Source of the DNA: Octopus sinensis
Lineage: Eukaryota
Length of the DNA stretch: 64,000 bases
Direction: 5' to 3'
Assembly (NCBI RefSeq): GCF_006345805.1
Contig: NC_042999.1
Coordinates: 115,382,001 to 115,446,000 of the forward strand
Shown here: piece after piece, positions 49,001 to 60,610 of the stretch
Layout of the letters: every line of letters starts with the position of its first letter
Numbering within the stretch: position 1 is the stretch's first letter
The notes under the pieces: generated by a model
The model's database searches: none
The model's input: only the letters and a program-made list of their open reading frames with translations
Told to the model about the DNA's origin: nothing
Made by a program: the position numbers and the translations under genes

Positions 49001-52000
49001 GGTCTCTTTTGACGAACCGCTAATTTACGTAAACACACCAGCATCAGTTGTCAAGCGATGTTGGGGGGACAAAAACACACACACACACACATATACGACG
49101 GGCTTCTTTCAGTTTCCATATACCAAATCCACTCACAAGGCTTTGGTCGGCCCAAGGCTATAGTAGAAGACATGTAGTGGGACTGAACCCGGAACCATGT
49201 GATTCGTAAGCAAGCTACGTACCACACAGCCACTCCTACGCCATATAGTGTATAGTGTTTAATTGTTAATTATGTGTAGTGTTGATGTGGTGTTCATTTT
49301 TGTTATTTCCTTTTGTATGAGAAGGATTGTATGTTAATGGCTTAAGTACATTTGAAGTGGAGTTTGAGGAGTCTGAAGTAAATGAAGGATGAAGGCCACA
49401 TGGGAAAGGCATGCAGTAGGGCAATAGTAATATATGGTATTGGGTCAATGGAAGTAAAAAACAATACAAAGTACAAGTTTTTGAAAGTAGAATCATTTTC
49501 TTTGTACTATACAATCAGAAAGGATGCAGCAAAATAATGGGATTGGGAACTGAACATTTTTCAGTTTGGGTAAAGTTGTTCCTTACTTTTGAATCAATTG
49601 TTATCAGGCATTTCCAACTTTGTCTTATTTTCAAGTATTGTTGTGTTTAGGACTATATCATTTAGTGTATCTTTTTTTTTTTTTTTTGAAGATGGTAGGT
49701 TGTGATTTGATAAGAATTTGCTTACCACAAATAGTAGTATGATATCAACTGTTAATAAATAATTAAATTACTTACGATATTTATTTTCATCTCTCTCTGT
49801 TTGGGTCACTAGTACAAGTTTTCTGGTCCTCTACTAAGATTGATTCAAACATGTGGCCTTGTACTAATGTAGTACATTATTATTGCAGTAATATTACTAA
49901 TCTTTTGTTATTGCAAAAAGTATTAGAATGCAATTTGTTGTTTCATATAGATCTTTGAAAGATAATGGCTAGCTTATTGACCTGTTAATATACAAGCATA
50001 TTATTGGCTTGTTGGAGTATCAAAATAATCTTTTCTTGTGGGACATTTCTCATCTCCCCAGCATTAAAGAGATAAGTAATAGCTTTCCTTTTGGATTGAC
50101 TATATTGTTAGGGAATAGTTGTCCTCATGAACTTCTATTTAATATCTAGTGATATAAAATAGAAGCAGTAAAGTTATCTGCCTTGCTCAAGGATGCTGTT
50201 TGTTGATCTTAATTTTATCTTGAAAAAAAAAATTCATTTAATCATTTCCTCATACAAACTTCAGATGATGGCATAGCTGTACATTTAAGAAGTTTCTTCA
50301 CAAACTGGAGACCCTGGGTTTGATTCCACTATGTGGCATCTTGGGAAAATGCCTTTTACCACAGCCTTATGTTAACCAAAACTTTGTGTATGAAATTGGG
50401 TAGATGGAAACTGCATGGAAGCCTGTTGAATGGATTGTTGCTGCAATTGAAAAGTGCAACTTAGTGACACACACAGTGTCACTCTCATATCTGGTTACAT
50501 AGTTATGCTAACAGTAAATATGTATGCAGAGTTCTCAGCCACTTACATGTCAGTTTAGCGAATAAGGAATTCAATCGATCAAATGCTTGGTGTTGAGATT
50601 GATGGAGGAATCCTAATTTGCATTTCTCTAAAATTTCACTTCATCTGAGCCTCTTGCTAAATATTAACTTTTGCTATATACACATGACAGCTTGTGATTT
50701 AGCAGAGTAAGTTGTTATCACATATGCATTTTCCCAAGAGTGTTATTGACATGAGTAGCAGTCCAAAATATGAATAAAAAAAGGCTTGCAGATTTTATTT
50801 ATCAAGAACATACCAAAACTTCTACTTGGTATAGATTTCTCATATAGACACACAAGATGTCAGATATATAGGAGAGCTGAAGACAATGATAATTTTTGCC
50901 TGAGTTCTAAGATATGGGGTAAATATTTTCAGATATACTTATTTAAACATAATGACTTCTAGGGACACTGTATTTCATTATGCAACCATAGTATATTACA
51001 AAGTATATTAAACGTTTTATGAGTCAATCCTGTGTCCTACTGTGTTAGCAGTGCTATTAAATCACTTTTTATGGTTATCTCTACAAATTTTCTATAGAAA
51101 TTATAGCCAGCACTGATTTGTTATAACATCTTGTGTCCAAATACATCTAATGTAAACAACAATGTGATCAAAGATGGAAAAATAGGTAATGGGTGCACAT
51201 GCCCATATTTGAGGAGTTCTCACTCCTTTGTCAACACTGCATCCAACTCATTAACCACCCATGAACACATTGTAGTATATTAAGGTTGCATTATGAAATA
51301 GTGTCCCTACAAGTCATTACTATGTATGTACTGGCTGTCAGGAATGCGTTTAATATGTAAAATTGGTATATCCAATAATGTTACACTGCTATATTTAGTG
51401 GCTATTTAAGCAATGAGTTTGTGGATGGTTAATGGATTGGGTGTGGTGTTGAAGGAGCAAGAACTGAAATATGGCATGTACAAAGAGTGTTCATTAAAGA
51501 TTTCCCCTAACCTACTTCCCAAGGACTGAGATAAACAAAACTTGGTTGTCTTTCTTTACATCGCCACCACCAGTGGTGTTCCACTTCTCCCATTGTTGTA
51601 TGCAGCTGTGAAGACCTCATCTATAGAAGTTGGTAGGTTGCGTCTGGAGCTAAGACTTTACTTCAGAAATAAGTTCATCTTCCAAAAAGTGCTTCCCCTT
51701 GAAAAAAGACTTCATGGTTGAAAAGAGGTGGAAGTCAGATGATGTGAGGTTGGGAGAGTAAGGGAGGATGAGGAAGGATTTCATAGTCGCAGGAGCGTGC
51801 TTTCATATGGGCAACATGTGCATTGTGAACTGGGGTGTTGTATGGAGGAGGCGGACTCCTTTGGACAGTATACTATGCCTCTCTGCTTTGATGGCATTCT
51901 GCAATTTTTGCAGCAGAGAAGGGTAATATGCCCATTAATTGTGGTGCCCTTTGCCAGAAAACCCATCATCACTACTCCATGCTGGTCCCAAAAGACTATG

Positions 52001-53804
52001 ACCCTCACCTTGCCTGCTGTGGGTTGGACACAAGCCTTCTTTGGAGGTCGTGAGTTATCATGCTTCCATTGCTTTGACTAGACTTTAGTCTCAGGATCGT
52101 AGTAATGGACCCTTGTTTTATCTTGTGTGACAAGTCTGCTGAAAAAGTCCTCATTTTCTTGGCACATTGCCAAAAGAGCCTGAGAGCAATTGAATCATTT
52201 CTGCATCTGAGGAATCCACCGTGCAGACAACTTCAACATGTGCAAATGGTCATGAATGATTTTTTTCCACAGACCCTACACTTATCTGAACTTTTTGGGC
52301 TAGTTGCCAAATAGTTATGTGGTGATCCTCCAAAATGGTGGTTTCCACTTTATGGATGGTGTTGTCATGAATGGCAGAAAGTGGTTGCCCAGGAATAGGA
52401 GCAGTTTCCACCTATGTCTGACGACATTTGAACTGGCATGCCAGTGCTTGACTACATTGTATGATGGTGCATCATCACCATTAACTTTTTCCATCTCATC
52501 AAAAGTTTCTTTACGTGCATGACCTTTCAAGTATAAGAACCTGATCACTAATCCACTGAGCTTGGTCCACTTCAGCAGCTATAAAAGACAAATGAATGCA
52601 GGTGGAAAGCTGCAATTTACAATGCGACATGTAGAGACGTATGATTATACATGTACAGGTTGTTTCCTGCAATAATCGGAAGTGAGTCAGGGAAATCTTT
52701 AATAGACACTCCTTGTACACCCATTACCTATTTTTTCATCTTTGCCTTGTATTAGATGTATTCAGATACGAAACATCGTAACAAATCAGTACTGGCTTTA
52801 ATTTCCATAGAAAAATTTGTAGAGATAACCTTACTAAGTGATTTAATCTTAAAACAATTATATTTTTATTTTTTTTTATGTTAATACCTTTAGAGTCTTG
52901 TACATATACTTACTTCATAGCTATTTTGGGAAATACAGGGAAGTTGCGTTTTAGTGATATTAGAATAAAACCAAAACATCCTGCATTTTATTTTAATTTC
53001 TGGGAAAATGGAAATAATAGTCATTCATTAATATTATTTTATTTTATATTCACCTAGCACTAACAATATTTTCTTACACTGTGTGTTGATACATACTACT
53101 GCATATTTGATGACAAATATTCACTTTAAACAGGCTATAGTACTTTTGTAAAATAAACTTAGATAAAGCACAATATTATTTGCTTTTCACTAACTTGACT
53201 ATTATTTTTCATGTGGATGGTGCTTCTGTGTAATTTCATTCAACTACAATAGGTTTTGATATCTGTTTGTGTACAATATTGTATATCAATATAGTTATAG
53301 TCTTATCACTAATATAGCAAGTACAGCAAAGGATATTTTTTATTGATGAGGTCTAATAAGACCAAAACATGTCAAAAGTTAAAATTATTGAGCTAATATT
53401 TTATTTTTCTCACAGCATAAGCAATATTAATTAGATTTTTCTTTCTATATTTCATAAAGTAAGTAGGATTTATGTCCCTTCAATAGTACAAAATTAAATT
53501 CTGTAAATTTTTTTCTTTACATTATATGAATTATTTCTGTTTGTTTTAATTTCAGATAGATGTAATACATTCTGCAGCTGAAAATCATGGTGATCCAGTT
53601 TTTAAACGAACTCTAGAAACTATTGAACTTTCCTTAAGGACTGGAGGTCTTATCAGTGATGTACTTCTGGAAGAGTTCATTACTCAAAGAATAGTTAGAA
53701 CACGACAACCGCAAAACAGTTTTAAAGCTCGAGGACGTTCCACAGTTGATGGTTATCGAAGTCGCCAAAGCAACACAGTTCGATCAAGATCCAATGCTAT
53801 TTAG
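33902..53804 (+). CDS. PTCD2: Pentatricopeptide repeat-containing protein 2, mitochondrial (complete 9-exon gene, 396 aa)
   Basis: join(33902..34016,36194..36286,37936..38071,41512..41629,42777..42953,43899..44012,47535..47609,48315..48428,53556..53804) = 1191 nt. All introns are GT-AG and phases are consistent. Motifs RHLFSQEILGLDNY, IFTDDLKTM, YSFGPVVLRLLY, SYIILMDMLYESKQY and RALVFAAMLALKQ match PTCD2 as I recall it. The N-terminus is Arg/Ser-rich and acid-free, like a mitochondrial presequence. Confidence 0.88.
34882..35228 (+). mobile_element. SINE family 1 copy in PTCD2 intron 1
   Basis: Same head and tail. More diverged copies at ~13040-13320(+), 15090-15515(-), 19585-19920(-), 40315-40680(-), 50290-50560(+), 61146-61545(-). 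Confidence 0.8.
36194..36286 (+). CDS. PTCD2: PTCD2 exon 2 (CRHLFSQEILGLDNYQRQRILITDRLGDLR)
   Basis: ttttag| acceptor, |gtaaga donor, 93 nt, phase 1 to 1. Confidence 0.85.
37273..37773 (-). mobile_element. HERO-like LINE 3' end (restriction-like endonuclease plus 3' UTR)
   Basis: KLTVPHEDN..AQVRKLNRY..L..ECEDAGW....PIEVGCRGF...VEKASHWIWLKR. Confidence 0.75.
37936..38071 (+). CDS. PTCD2: PTCD2 exon 3 (KFIERMKSLANNDRIDRIFTDDLKTMAYIAAHKEEIELVQNMLI)
   Basis: tttttcatag| acceptor, |gtaaga donor, 136 nt. Confidence 0.88.
38770..39418 (+). mobile_element. RTE LINE 3' UTR fragment with an internal ~65-bp tandem array
   Basis: Similar to 46320-46673; ends (GAT)n. Shorter tail copies at ~36780-37070, 41090-41340, 41750-41930, 48680-48760, 54030-54260, 60690-60755 and inverted at ~36425-36545, 56170-56320. 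Confidence 0.75.
39490..39930 (-). mobile_element. CR1/Jockey-like LINE RT C-terminal remnant
   Basis: Frameshifted EYSFQISDGAAPSHTDVLDCI...ASSLCLFF...YPATINLQQFKKH; related plus-strand remnant at ~3240-3480. Confidence 0.55.
41512..41629 (+). CDS. PTCD2: PTCD2 exon 4 (YHQQDNSQQFNTYSFGPVVLRLLYIMKDVDTALKLFESE)
   Basis: ttaacag| acceptor, |gtaagt donor, 118 nt; FGP motif typical of PTCD2. Confidence 0.9.
42777..42953 (+). CDS. PTCD2: PTCD2 exon 5 (PPR motif: ETRPLFSQVTSYIILMDMLYESKQYDDTLKVF...AFATYYAL)
   Basis: tttttttag| acceptor, |gttagt donor, 177 nt. Confidence 0.9.
43899..44012 (+). CDS. PTCD2: PTCD2 exon 6 (NTAEALQNCQELLKACLNLKLQVSNRALVFAAMLALKQ)
   Basis: tgttttag| acceptor, |gtaatt donor, 114 nt. 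Confidence 0.88.
44840..46673 (+). mobile_element. 5'-truncated RTE-clade LINE (RT, C-terminus, 3' UTR ending (GAT)n) in PTCD2 intron 6
   Basis: QFGFLPGRS, KAFDRVP, GVHQG, LYADDL (45394-45405), YLG, LCWYGHV; several stops. Confidence 0.9.
47535..47609 (+). CDS. PTCD2: PTCD2 exon 7 (EQPAIALEMISLRDDSFQFVLKNLK)
   Basis: ctctgcag| acceptor, AAG|gttact donor, 75 nt. Confidence 0.8.
47647..47744. repeat. Minisatellite, 6 x AAATATTTTT(T)ACTGTT
   Basis: Direct count of six 16-17-bp units. Confidence 0.95.
48315..48428 (+). CDS. PTCD2: PTCD2 exon 8 (ALCYAKLNRIEDTLPILRSILQCDSPYRNRQLKVFPEV)
   Basis: ctcttgcag| acceptor, |gtaagt donor, 114 nt. Confidence 0.85.
48915..49242 (-). mobile_element. SINE family 1 copy
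   Basis: Reverse complement of the 62921-63337 sequence. Confidence 0.85.
50950..51319. mobile_element. ~370-bp MITE-like element with ~37-bp inverted ends
   Basis: TAATGACTTCTAGGGACACTGTATTTCATTATGCAACC is near-complementary to 51284-51319. Confidence 0.6.
51481..52715 (-). mobile_element. Full-length defective mariner (DD34D-type) transposon in PTCD2 intron 8
   Basis: TA-flanked ~38-bp TIRs CAA(A/G)GAGTGT..ATTAAAGATTTCCC; frameshifted transposase MIRFLYLKG..., HYYDPETK, VFWDQHGVVM...KGTTING, PHPPYSPNL. Confidence 0.88.
53556..53804 (+). CDS. PTCD2: PTCD2 exon 9, terminal (IDVIHSAAENHGDPVFKRTLETIE...RSRSNAI*)
   Basis: ttaatttcag| acceptor, 82 codons plus TAG; AATAAA at 53834-53839. Confidence 0.82.
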   Translation: MDVIHSAAENHGDPVFKRTLETIELSLRTGGLISDVLLEEFITQRIVRTRQPQNSFKARGRSTVDGYRSRQSNTVRSRSNAI

Positions 53805-54941
53805 TCTCTTTAGGAGTGTTTATTTCTGTGTTTAATAAATCCTCCTCCAATTCTGAATAGAAATATGTAGGATTTTCTTTCTTTTGATAGCATTCTATTA
53901 ATTTTATTCATTAAATAATACATTTTTTCACGAGGTCATGTTTCTTTATTGATTCTCTCTGATAGTTTTTTTGTTTTGATTTTTATTCAATAAGTGTCTG
54001 AAACAGAATCAAGCCAGAGAGATTACCTTGTGCTAATGCCACCATAAAATGCACCCAGATACTCTGCAAGATGGGTCACATCAGAAAAGGTTTCTTGCTG
54101 TAGAAACCATGTCAAAAATGAAATATCTTGAGTCAGACATGGTTTTGCAACCCATCCAAGAGGGAAGTAATACTGAGCAAGAACTGATTCAAATTGCAGT
54201 AACTCATCTAACCCCTGCCAGCATGAAAAGCTGACTTAAAAGAAATAATGAGGATAATGAATTTAATGTGCAGTGGTGTGGAAAACCTTTGATACAAACA
54301 AACAAAAATTTAAATTATCAAATATTTTGTTCTTTATTGAAAATTATTTGGATAAATGTTTAAAGGTTTCATAGGAAATGGTAACTATTCACTTAATCCA
54401 GTGTTGACATTTAAACTCTTTGATTTGTTAGTGTATATTAAATACAGTCGTATAGTTTGTTAACTAATTCTTCTAGTGAGTACTTTATCTTCTCCGTCAA
54501 AGAAAACAATAGAAAACTTAAAGAAAGGAGACACTAAGGTACACAGAAGTAAATCAATAACTTTTCAAGAAGTTGTAATACAAGTTTCCTGTAGCCATTT
54601 ATCCAATAACATTTGTGGTTGTTAGTCTTTGCTGTTTTATGTACCATTTCCTGGGCACTGTTCCATGTCTTAATCACTTCAAGTATGTGGAATGGTCTGA
54701 GCACTTGAGACATTTCAACACCACACACTAGTGTATAAATTTTTCTTTAGTGTGGAAATTTTTATTCTTTTCATAGGTTAGATATAGAGGGGTTTGTTAA
54801 CTTTTAGCTGTGTGTGTTAATGTGTATGTATATTACCAAACCATTCAAAACGGATCAGATTTTTTGTTTTTACTCAAATTATTGTTATTTAAAGCAAAAC
54901 TTTTGGTCATTTAGTTGATGTAAATGTTGATATTTTATTCT

Positions 54942-55127
54942 TCAGTTTGTTTCTCCTGATAGCATTTTAGTTGTAATCTCCCAAAGACATGTAGTCTGAA
55001 CAAAATTATTATCTACTAAATTAACAAGTTGGTAGTTCTCATAGAAATAGTCTATCAGTTTATGTGACTTTGAATTGGGGTCATACAAATCACGCCAGTT
55101 CGTTTTCCATAAACTGAATGCTTCTTC
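54942..55127 (-). CDS. MTHFR: MTHFR terminal exon ([11 protein letters not shown]...MLSGETN*)
   Basis: ttttag| acceptor, 61 codons plus TGA; AATAAA just after the stop (54934-54939, minus). Confidence 0.92.
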   Translation of the reverse strand, partial: EEAFSLWKTNWRDLYDPNSKSHKLIDYFYENYQLVNLVDNNFVQTTCLWEITTKMLSGETN

Positions 55128-57915
55128 CTAAAAAAGAAAAATTAAAGTATATTTTTCAATATAGTGATTAAAATACAATTAACTATAGAAAAAAAATATA
55201 ATGGTTTCTTTAGAAGTGTTTCTCTGGGTTAGGGCATGACAATATTTTGGTGGGATATGGAGTGTGAGTTATGTAACAAGTGAATATAACTTCTTTTGTG
55301 TGTGTGTGTATGCTATATACTAATTTTGTTGAGATGCACTTTTTTTGTGGGGTAGTGTCAAAATGGGGTGTTAACTGCTAGAGTAAGAATAGGATAGTTA
55401 AAGTTCAGGGAGCTTTTACTTCTGTTGGCAACCAAATATGTGTCTCCGAGTGAAGGGTAAATTGTATGATGTATATGTACAAACTTTGATGTTGCATAGT
55501 AGTGAGATGTGGGCCCTGAATGTGGAGGACATGCGAAGGCAGAAGAATAAAGTTGGTATGCTCCACTTGCTGTGCAACAGCATTGGTGTATTGAAAAAGA
55601 CGTTGGGCATAAAAAGAATTAGATGCAGTGTGCAGGGGAGGAGACTGTGCTAGTTTGACTATGTGATACTGATGGATGGGGATGGTTGCATAAAGAAGTG
55701 CTGATCACTTTAATTGTGAAGAGGGGAAACGACCAAGGAAGACTTCGGATGGATTATTGAAGGCCAGTCTGAAAACACTGAACCGTAAGGAGATAACAGA
55801 GGAGCAAGATATGTGGTGCAATGCTGTACTTGAGAAGACCTGCCCATCACAACAAAATTGAGATCCTTAATCCAAGTAATGCATAAAAAGTGTTGGTGCC
55901 ATATTAAAAGTACACATGTGGAGTGATTGGCATTAAAAAAGACATCCAACTGTAGAAACATGGCCTTGCCAGAGTTCCTGGCAAGCCATCTAACACATGC
56001 TAGTATGGAAAATGAGTGATAAATATTGATGATGATGATTCTGGTTAGTTGACAATCAGTTCTTTTATTTTAGTTGTTCTGTACAATTGTCCAAACAATA
56101 TATAAGTATCTAAGTTTGCAAAATTCCAGCCCAGCATTGTTAGCTGTTAAAAGCATATGAAGAAAGAAAATCATCATCATTTACCATCCCTATTTCATGC
56201 TGGCATAGGCTGGATGGTTTGGCAGAATCCAACAGATCAGAGGATTGTGTTGAGCTCCAATGGTTTTTACGGATGGATGCTTTTCCTAGTGCCAGCCACT
56301 TTATAAAGTGTACTGGGTGCTTATAAAGAAAAATCTGATAATTTTTTGAAGAAGTTTAAGTGAAATAATAGATCAGGGTAATGTTTTAGCATGCTATTTC
56401 ATAATATTGACTTTTCACATTGGAGAAAACCATAAATTTTGGATAAAGTACAGCCAATTATGTTGACTCAGTACTTGACAGCTACTTTATTTTATCCATT
56501 CTATGAAAAGCAAATTCAAGTGGCAGCATTTGAACTTAGAAGATTAATACTGTCAGGTGTTTTGGTTGACACTGCCCTGTGTTATTTCATAATATTGAAA
56601 AAACAAAATTGGTTCATCAGTTTAGATTGGCCAGTCTTGTGACATCTTAAAATATAGCTAGAAATATATGAAATTCTGAAAGTTTGTTCATAAAAATGTA
56701 AAAATTAGAAAAAGGGCAGGGTTCTGAATTAAGAAAAGGCAGGTTCAATATATAGTATTTCACCACATTCAAACCCACTGATACATAGACATACTTTTTT
56801 TGCTCATAGTTCAACTGGATAAATATAAAAAAAGTTCCAATCAGACATTTTACAGAATACTCATTCATTAGAAAATGATTTTGTTTAACTCACTTTCCAA
56901 ATTTTGAAAGCAATAGGATCAACAACAGTGGGCTGGATTATTTCCATTCCTGGAAATACTCCCCATGTAACAGCTATTGGTTGAGTTTCATCACAGTTGG
57001 TATAATCCATATCACCCTGGGACATAAAAAAGATCAGTTTATACACTGAATTAGAGAAATACATAATAGTTTAGTTAGATTATTGAAGTGTTTAAGTTCA
57101 GTTGCTAAAATGAGTAAAGAATCTAACATTTTGGTTCCTTGTCCTTTCTCTCGAGAAGTAAAGAACAGAGACAGAGGGGAAAGTAGTATTGTTGCTTTAA
57201 CTGCATCAATATTCTTGGAGTCCAGTTTTTATCCAGCCAAGTTATTACTTTGCAAGCATTCAATTTGACTGTGATAAATACAGAGCCTATACACCATAAG
57301 TTTTCATTTAAACCAATTGATCATAGTAAGCATGAAATAACCTTTCAAGTATAGTGCTGAAATTCTAGCTAAAATTTTCACTTCAAATCCACTGTAGGTG
57401 TTTTGTTATATATTTCTGCATTTAATTTTATGTGCTTCAGAATTAGGTGTCCACCACCATCAATTTCTAGGAATAGATACATGAATCAGTTGGAATTATT
57501 TCTTGATATAGGGCAGAGTCTAGAAAGAGATTTAGCTCTAATCCATTTTATATTATAAAACCAAATGTAACCACTGTCATTTAAAAGTTCAATAGGATCT
57601 GAGAGACATTTGCTTTGTAAAAAGTATTCACAACTTATGGGCCTGCCTTGTCATGAATGTGAAGAGTATTTTGTATCCATTTTGCAGGACATATCTCCGT
57701 AAAATAATTATTACTTGAATTAATGTAAATATTAATTATTTTGAAAATATTTTCTGACAATTTCAAAAAGGTAATCAATAAAATTCAAAAAGGTAATTAA
57801 TAAATCGAAAACTTACCTGACTGTTCCCAATATGATAATTGACCTGAGGATAGTTAACTAAGAGTTTCTTCAAAACTTCAACATTTTCTTTTGAAGTGAA
57901 AAACTCAAGGTAAGC
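54942..57915 (-). CDS. MTHFR: Methylenetetrahydrofolate reductase, last three coding exons (C-terminal regulatory domain); upstream exons lie beyond the window
   Basis: complement(join(54942..55127,56894..57016,57817..57915)). Translation [12 protein letters not shown]...[65 protein letters not shown]...[11 protein letters not shown]...CLWEI matches the eukaryotic MTHFR motifs AYLEFF, [20 protein letters not shown] and LVNLVDN. Confidence 0.93.
55370..56040 (+). mobile_element. RTE LINE 3' fragment with (GAT)n tail
   Basis: [32 protein letters not shown] parallels 45900-46000. Confidence 0.7.
56894..57016 (-). CDS. MTHFR: MTHFR penultimate exon (GDMDY...[27 protein letters not shown])
   Basis: 123 nt, cccag| acceptor, |gtgagt donor. 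Confidence 0.93.
57817..57915 (-). CDS. MTHFR: MTHFR antepenultimate exon ([33 protein letters not shown])
   Basis: 99 nt, aag| acceptor, |gtaagt donor on minus strand. Confidence 0.9.
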
Positions 57916-59392
57916 CTTTAAGATATGGAAAAAAAAAGAAAGATAAAAAGGTTATTTTTTTGTAAAGGAAATATTCAAGAAAGATTTTATGCATGGTAGA
58001 TCAATATATTCCTTTTAATATGTGGAACTAATACTGAGATTAATTTGCCACTTGTGCTAGCATGGGTAGTGTATTTGATGATGATTTGCAAATACTGGAT
58101 ATTTTCTTTATTACTTAACAAAAAAGTGGCAGAACTTCTGGCCTTCTGATGCTCACTTGCGTTGAATGTTTCAAGTGTTCAGATGAGGTCTAGATAGAAT
58201 GCTTGTTAGCAGGAGGAGATAGGGACAGGGAGAGAATTTATTTTTTGCTAGACCGCAGAGTTAAAAATTATTCTTTCTTTAGTCATGTTATTGCCAGTTG
58301 GTTGAGTCATTTGCTTGGTTTTTCCTTATTAGAGATATCTATCAACGGGTGGCCAGATATATTCACTACTAATGATCTAACCAGTGAGAACAACCTTTTG
58401 TTTCCACTTACAGTTGTGGAGTAAACTTAATCCTTCAATTTAACAAACTATGCCAGTCATGTCTAGGTTCCCAATCTCTACACAAATTTCAAAGAACCTT
58501 GTTATAAGCCAACCAGAGAGCCTCTAAGTGGTCACTTGAACTGCCAGATATAGCAGTCAAATCTACCTTAAATTACATCCTGTTATTTAAAAAAAAAAGC
58601 TAAGTTGCAAAAGTTGAGGCAGGTAATCATACACAATAATGACTAAAACAAGCTAGAAATACTCAAAATGGACCACTAAGATATGCTATGAGCTAGGTTT
58701 GCTGCAATGGCAAACTTTACTGAATATTTTTCTACATGTAGTTATGCGAGCAAGAAAGGAATGAATGAACAGAGACAGTGTAGGAAAGATGGGACTATAC
58801 TCTTGTGGGAACGAAGCAACCTCACTAGTGCAGCTGCTGTTGACAGCTCATATTTCCATTTGTTAAATATTTTTAATCACATATAAAGTTTTTAAGCTTT
58901 GACATTAATTATAACCAATCTGTAATGGTCCAAAAAGAGCAAAGAAAAGTTCTGAAAATTTGGTTCATTTAACACATTGTTTTCTATCTCCACAAGCATT
59001 GGATCTCCAACAAAGAACTCCATTGGGTCATGTTTGGATGTAGTTCAAGCTACCATTTTTCATCCAATGGAATAGCCACTTTTCATGCTGTCATGCAATT
59101 CTTCAGTTCTTTCATGTTTAATATATATAGTCTGGATTTCTCGTTTATATACAGATTATCACAATTGTGGTAGGGTTCTATGCCTTGCTGCAAACCCATA
59201 ATAAAACAATTCTCCCACATTTACATCTCACTCTTTCTGTCTTGCACACATATTGGTATGAGAAGAATGCTTTCACTCCTGAAATATCCATGCTTCAATT
59301 GGACACAGATATATTATTGCCTCTCATTCTTTGAGTTAATATACATGAATATAAAGACACATACATGAATATCTTTATGTAATATAACTTTT

Positions 59393-59611
59393 ATTTCTTT
59401 ATTGTCCACAAGGGGCTAAACATAGAGGGGACAGACAAAGGGATTAAGTTGATTACAGCAACCCCAGTGCATAACTGGTACTTAATTTATCGATCCTGAA
59501 AGGATGAGAGGCAAAGTCGACCTTGGTGGAATTTGAACTCAAAATGTAACGGCAAATGAAATACCACTAAGCATTTCGCCCGGCATGCTTACGTTTTTGC
59601 CAGCTTGCATA
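59393..59611 (-). mobile_element. SINE family 2 copy with 17-bp target-site duplication
   Basis: TATGTAATATAACTTTT at 59376-59392 and 59612-59628. Confidence 0.8.
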
Positions 59612-59889
59612 TATGTAATATAACTTTTGTTATATGTAATTTAACTTTTGTTTACCAATCATTCAAATAGGGTTTTTCTGAACGTGTTTCCTATCGATCA
59701 TTGGTGATTAATAAATATGTTGATGATTAGCACACAATCTCAGTTTTTGCAACCTCAAGTATATACTTATCAAACTCATATCATCAAAACATAGTGGGAA
59801 GAAAATAAGTTTTCTAGCACCAGTAACATGGATAAAATTTATCCAGATATAATGAAATTGTTGTATACAGTGCTCAGGTGCACTGCAAC

Positions 59890-60610
59890 AACAAAACAAA
59901 AAAAGAGGGGCATTTGGTGTACTGTTGGCGAATTTCAGGAAGCATGGAAATTTTGAAGGATGTAGTGCCTATACTGTTAACAACTGATACAGGTAGTTTA
60001 TTCCATTCTTTAGCAATTCTGAGTGTGAAAAAATGTTTCTGAAAGTCATGGGTGCTGTGTTGTTTTTTGATTTTGTAAGCATGTCCTCGTGTGCTTGACA
60101 TATGGAATTCTATAAGGTGCCCATGTTTGTTGTTGGAAGGATGGTGGATAATCTTGTGGGTGTCTACCAAGCCAATTGCTAGATGTTTGAGCTTTAATGT
60201 GTCCATACCTAGTGACACAAGACGGTCAGAATATGGTAGATGCCTGATGGTGGGTATTTGCTTGGTTGCATGTTTCTGGACAATTTCCGGGAGATTGACA
60301 TGCTGAGCAAGATAGAACAGACTGGTGATGCAAACTCTTAGTGTGGATGTACTATAGTTATACACAGTTTTAAATAGATAGCTGGGGAGTGGCTGACAAA
60401 AGTCTTACTGAGTGATGTTCAGACACCCTCAACCTTCTTGACTATTTTAGAGATGTGGTTTGTACAATGCAGATCACTGTTTATAGTAATACCCAGATCA
60501 CGTTCACAAACAGATTTCTTAAGATTGGTGTTGTTGAGGGAGAATGTAAAAGCTGGGTTCTTATGAAGAGTATCCAAGCAAAGAAATCATGCCTAAAAGT
60601 GGAACATACA
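59890..60610 (-). mobile_element. CR1/L2-type LINE 3' fragment
   Basis: IRHLPYSDRLVSLGMDTL...TRGHAYKI...HFFTLRIAKEWNKLP. Confidence 0.8.

Noticed and set aside
54534-54728. 64-aa minus ORF as an extra MTHFR exon
   Set aside because: MTHFR already terminates at TGA 54942-44; this lies in the 3' UTR or intergenic region and has no homology.
17981-59115. Other CTGANGA...GAAA pairs (17982 plus; 56614, 59101 and 61955 minus) and a GTAT-TCAG-ATAC-GAAAC stem at ~52758
   Set aside because: Each lacks stem I or III pairing, or lacks the CTGANGA half; expected by chance in AT-rich DNA.
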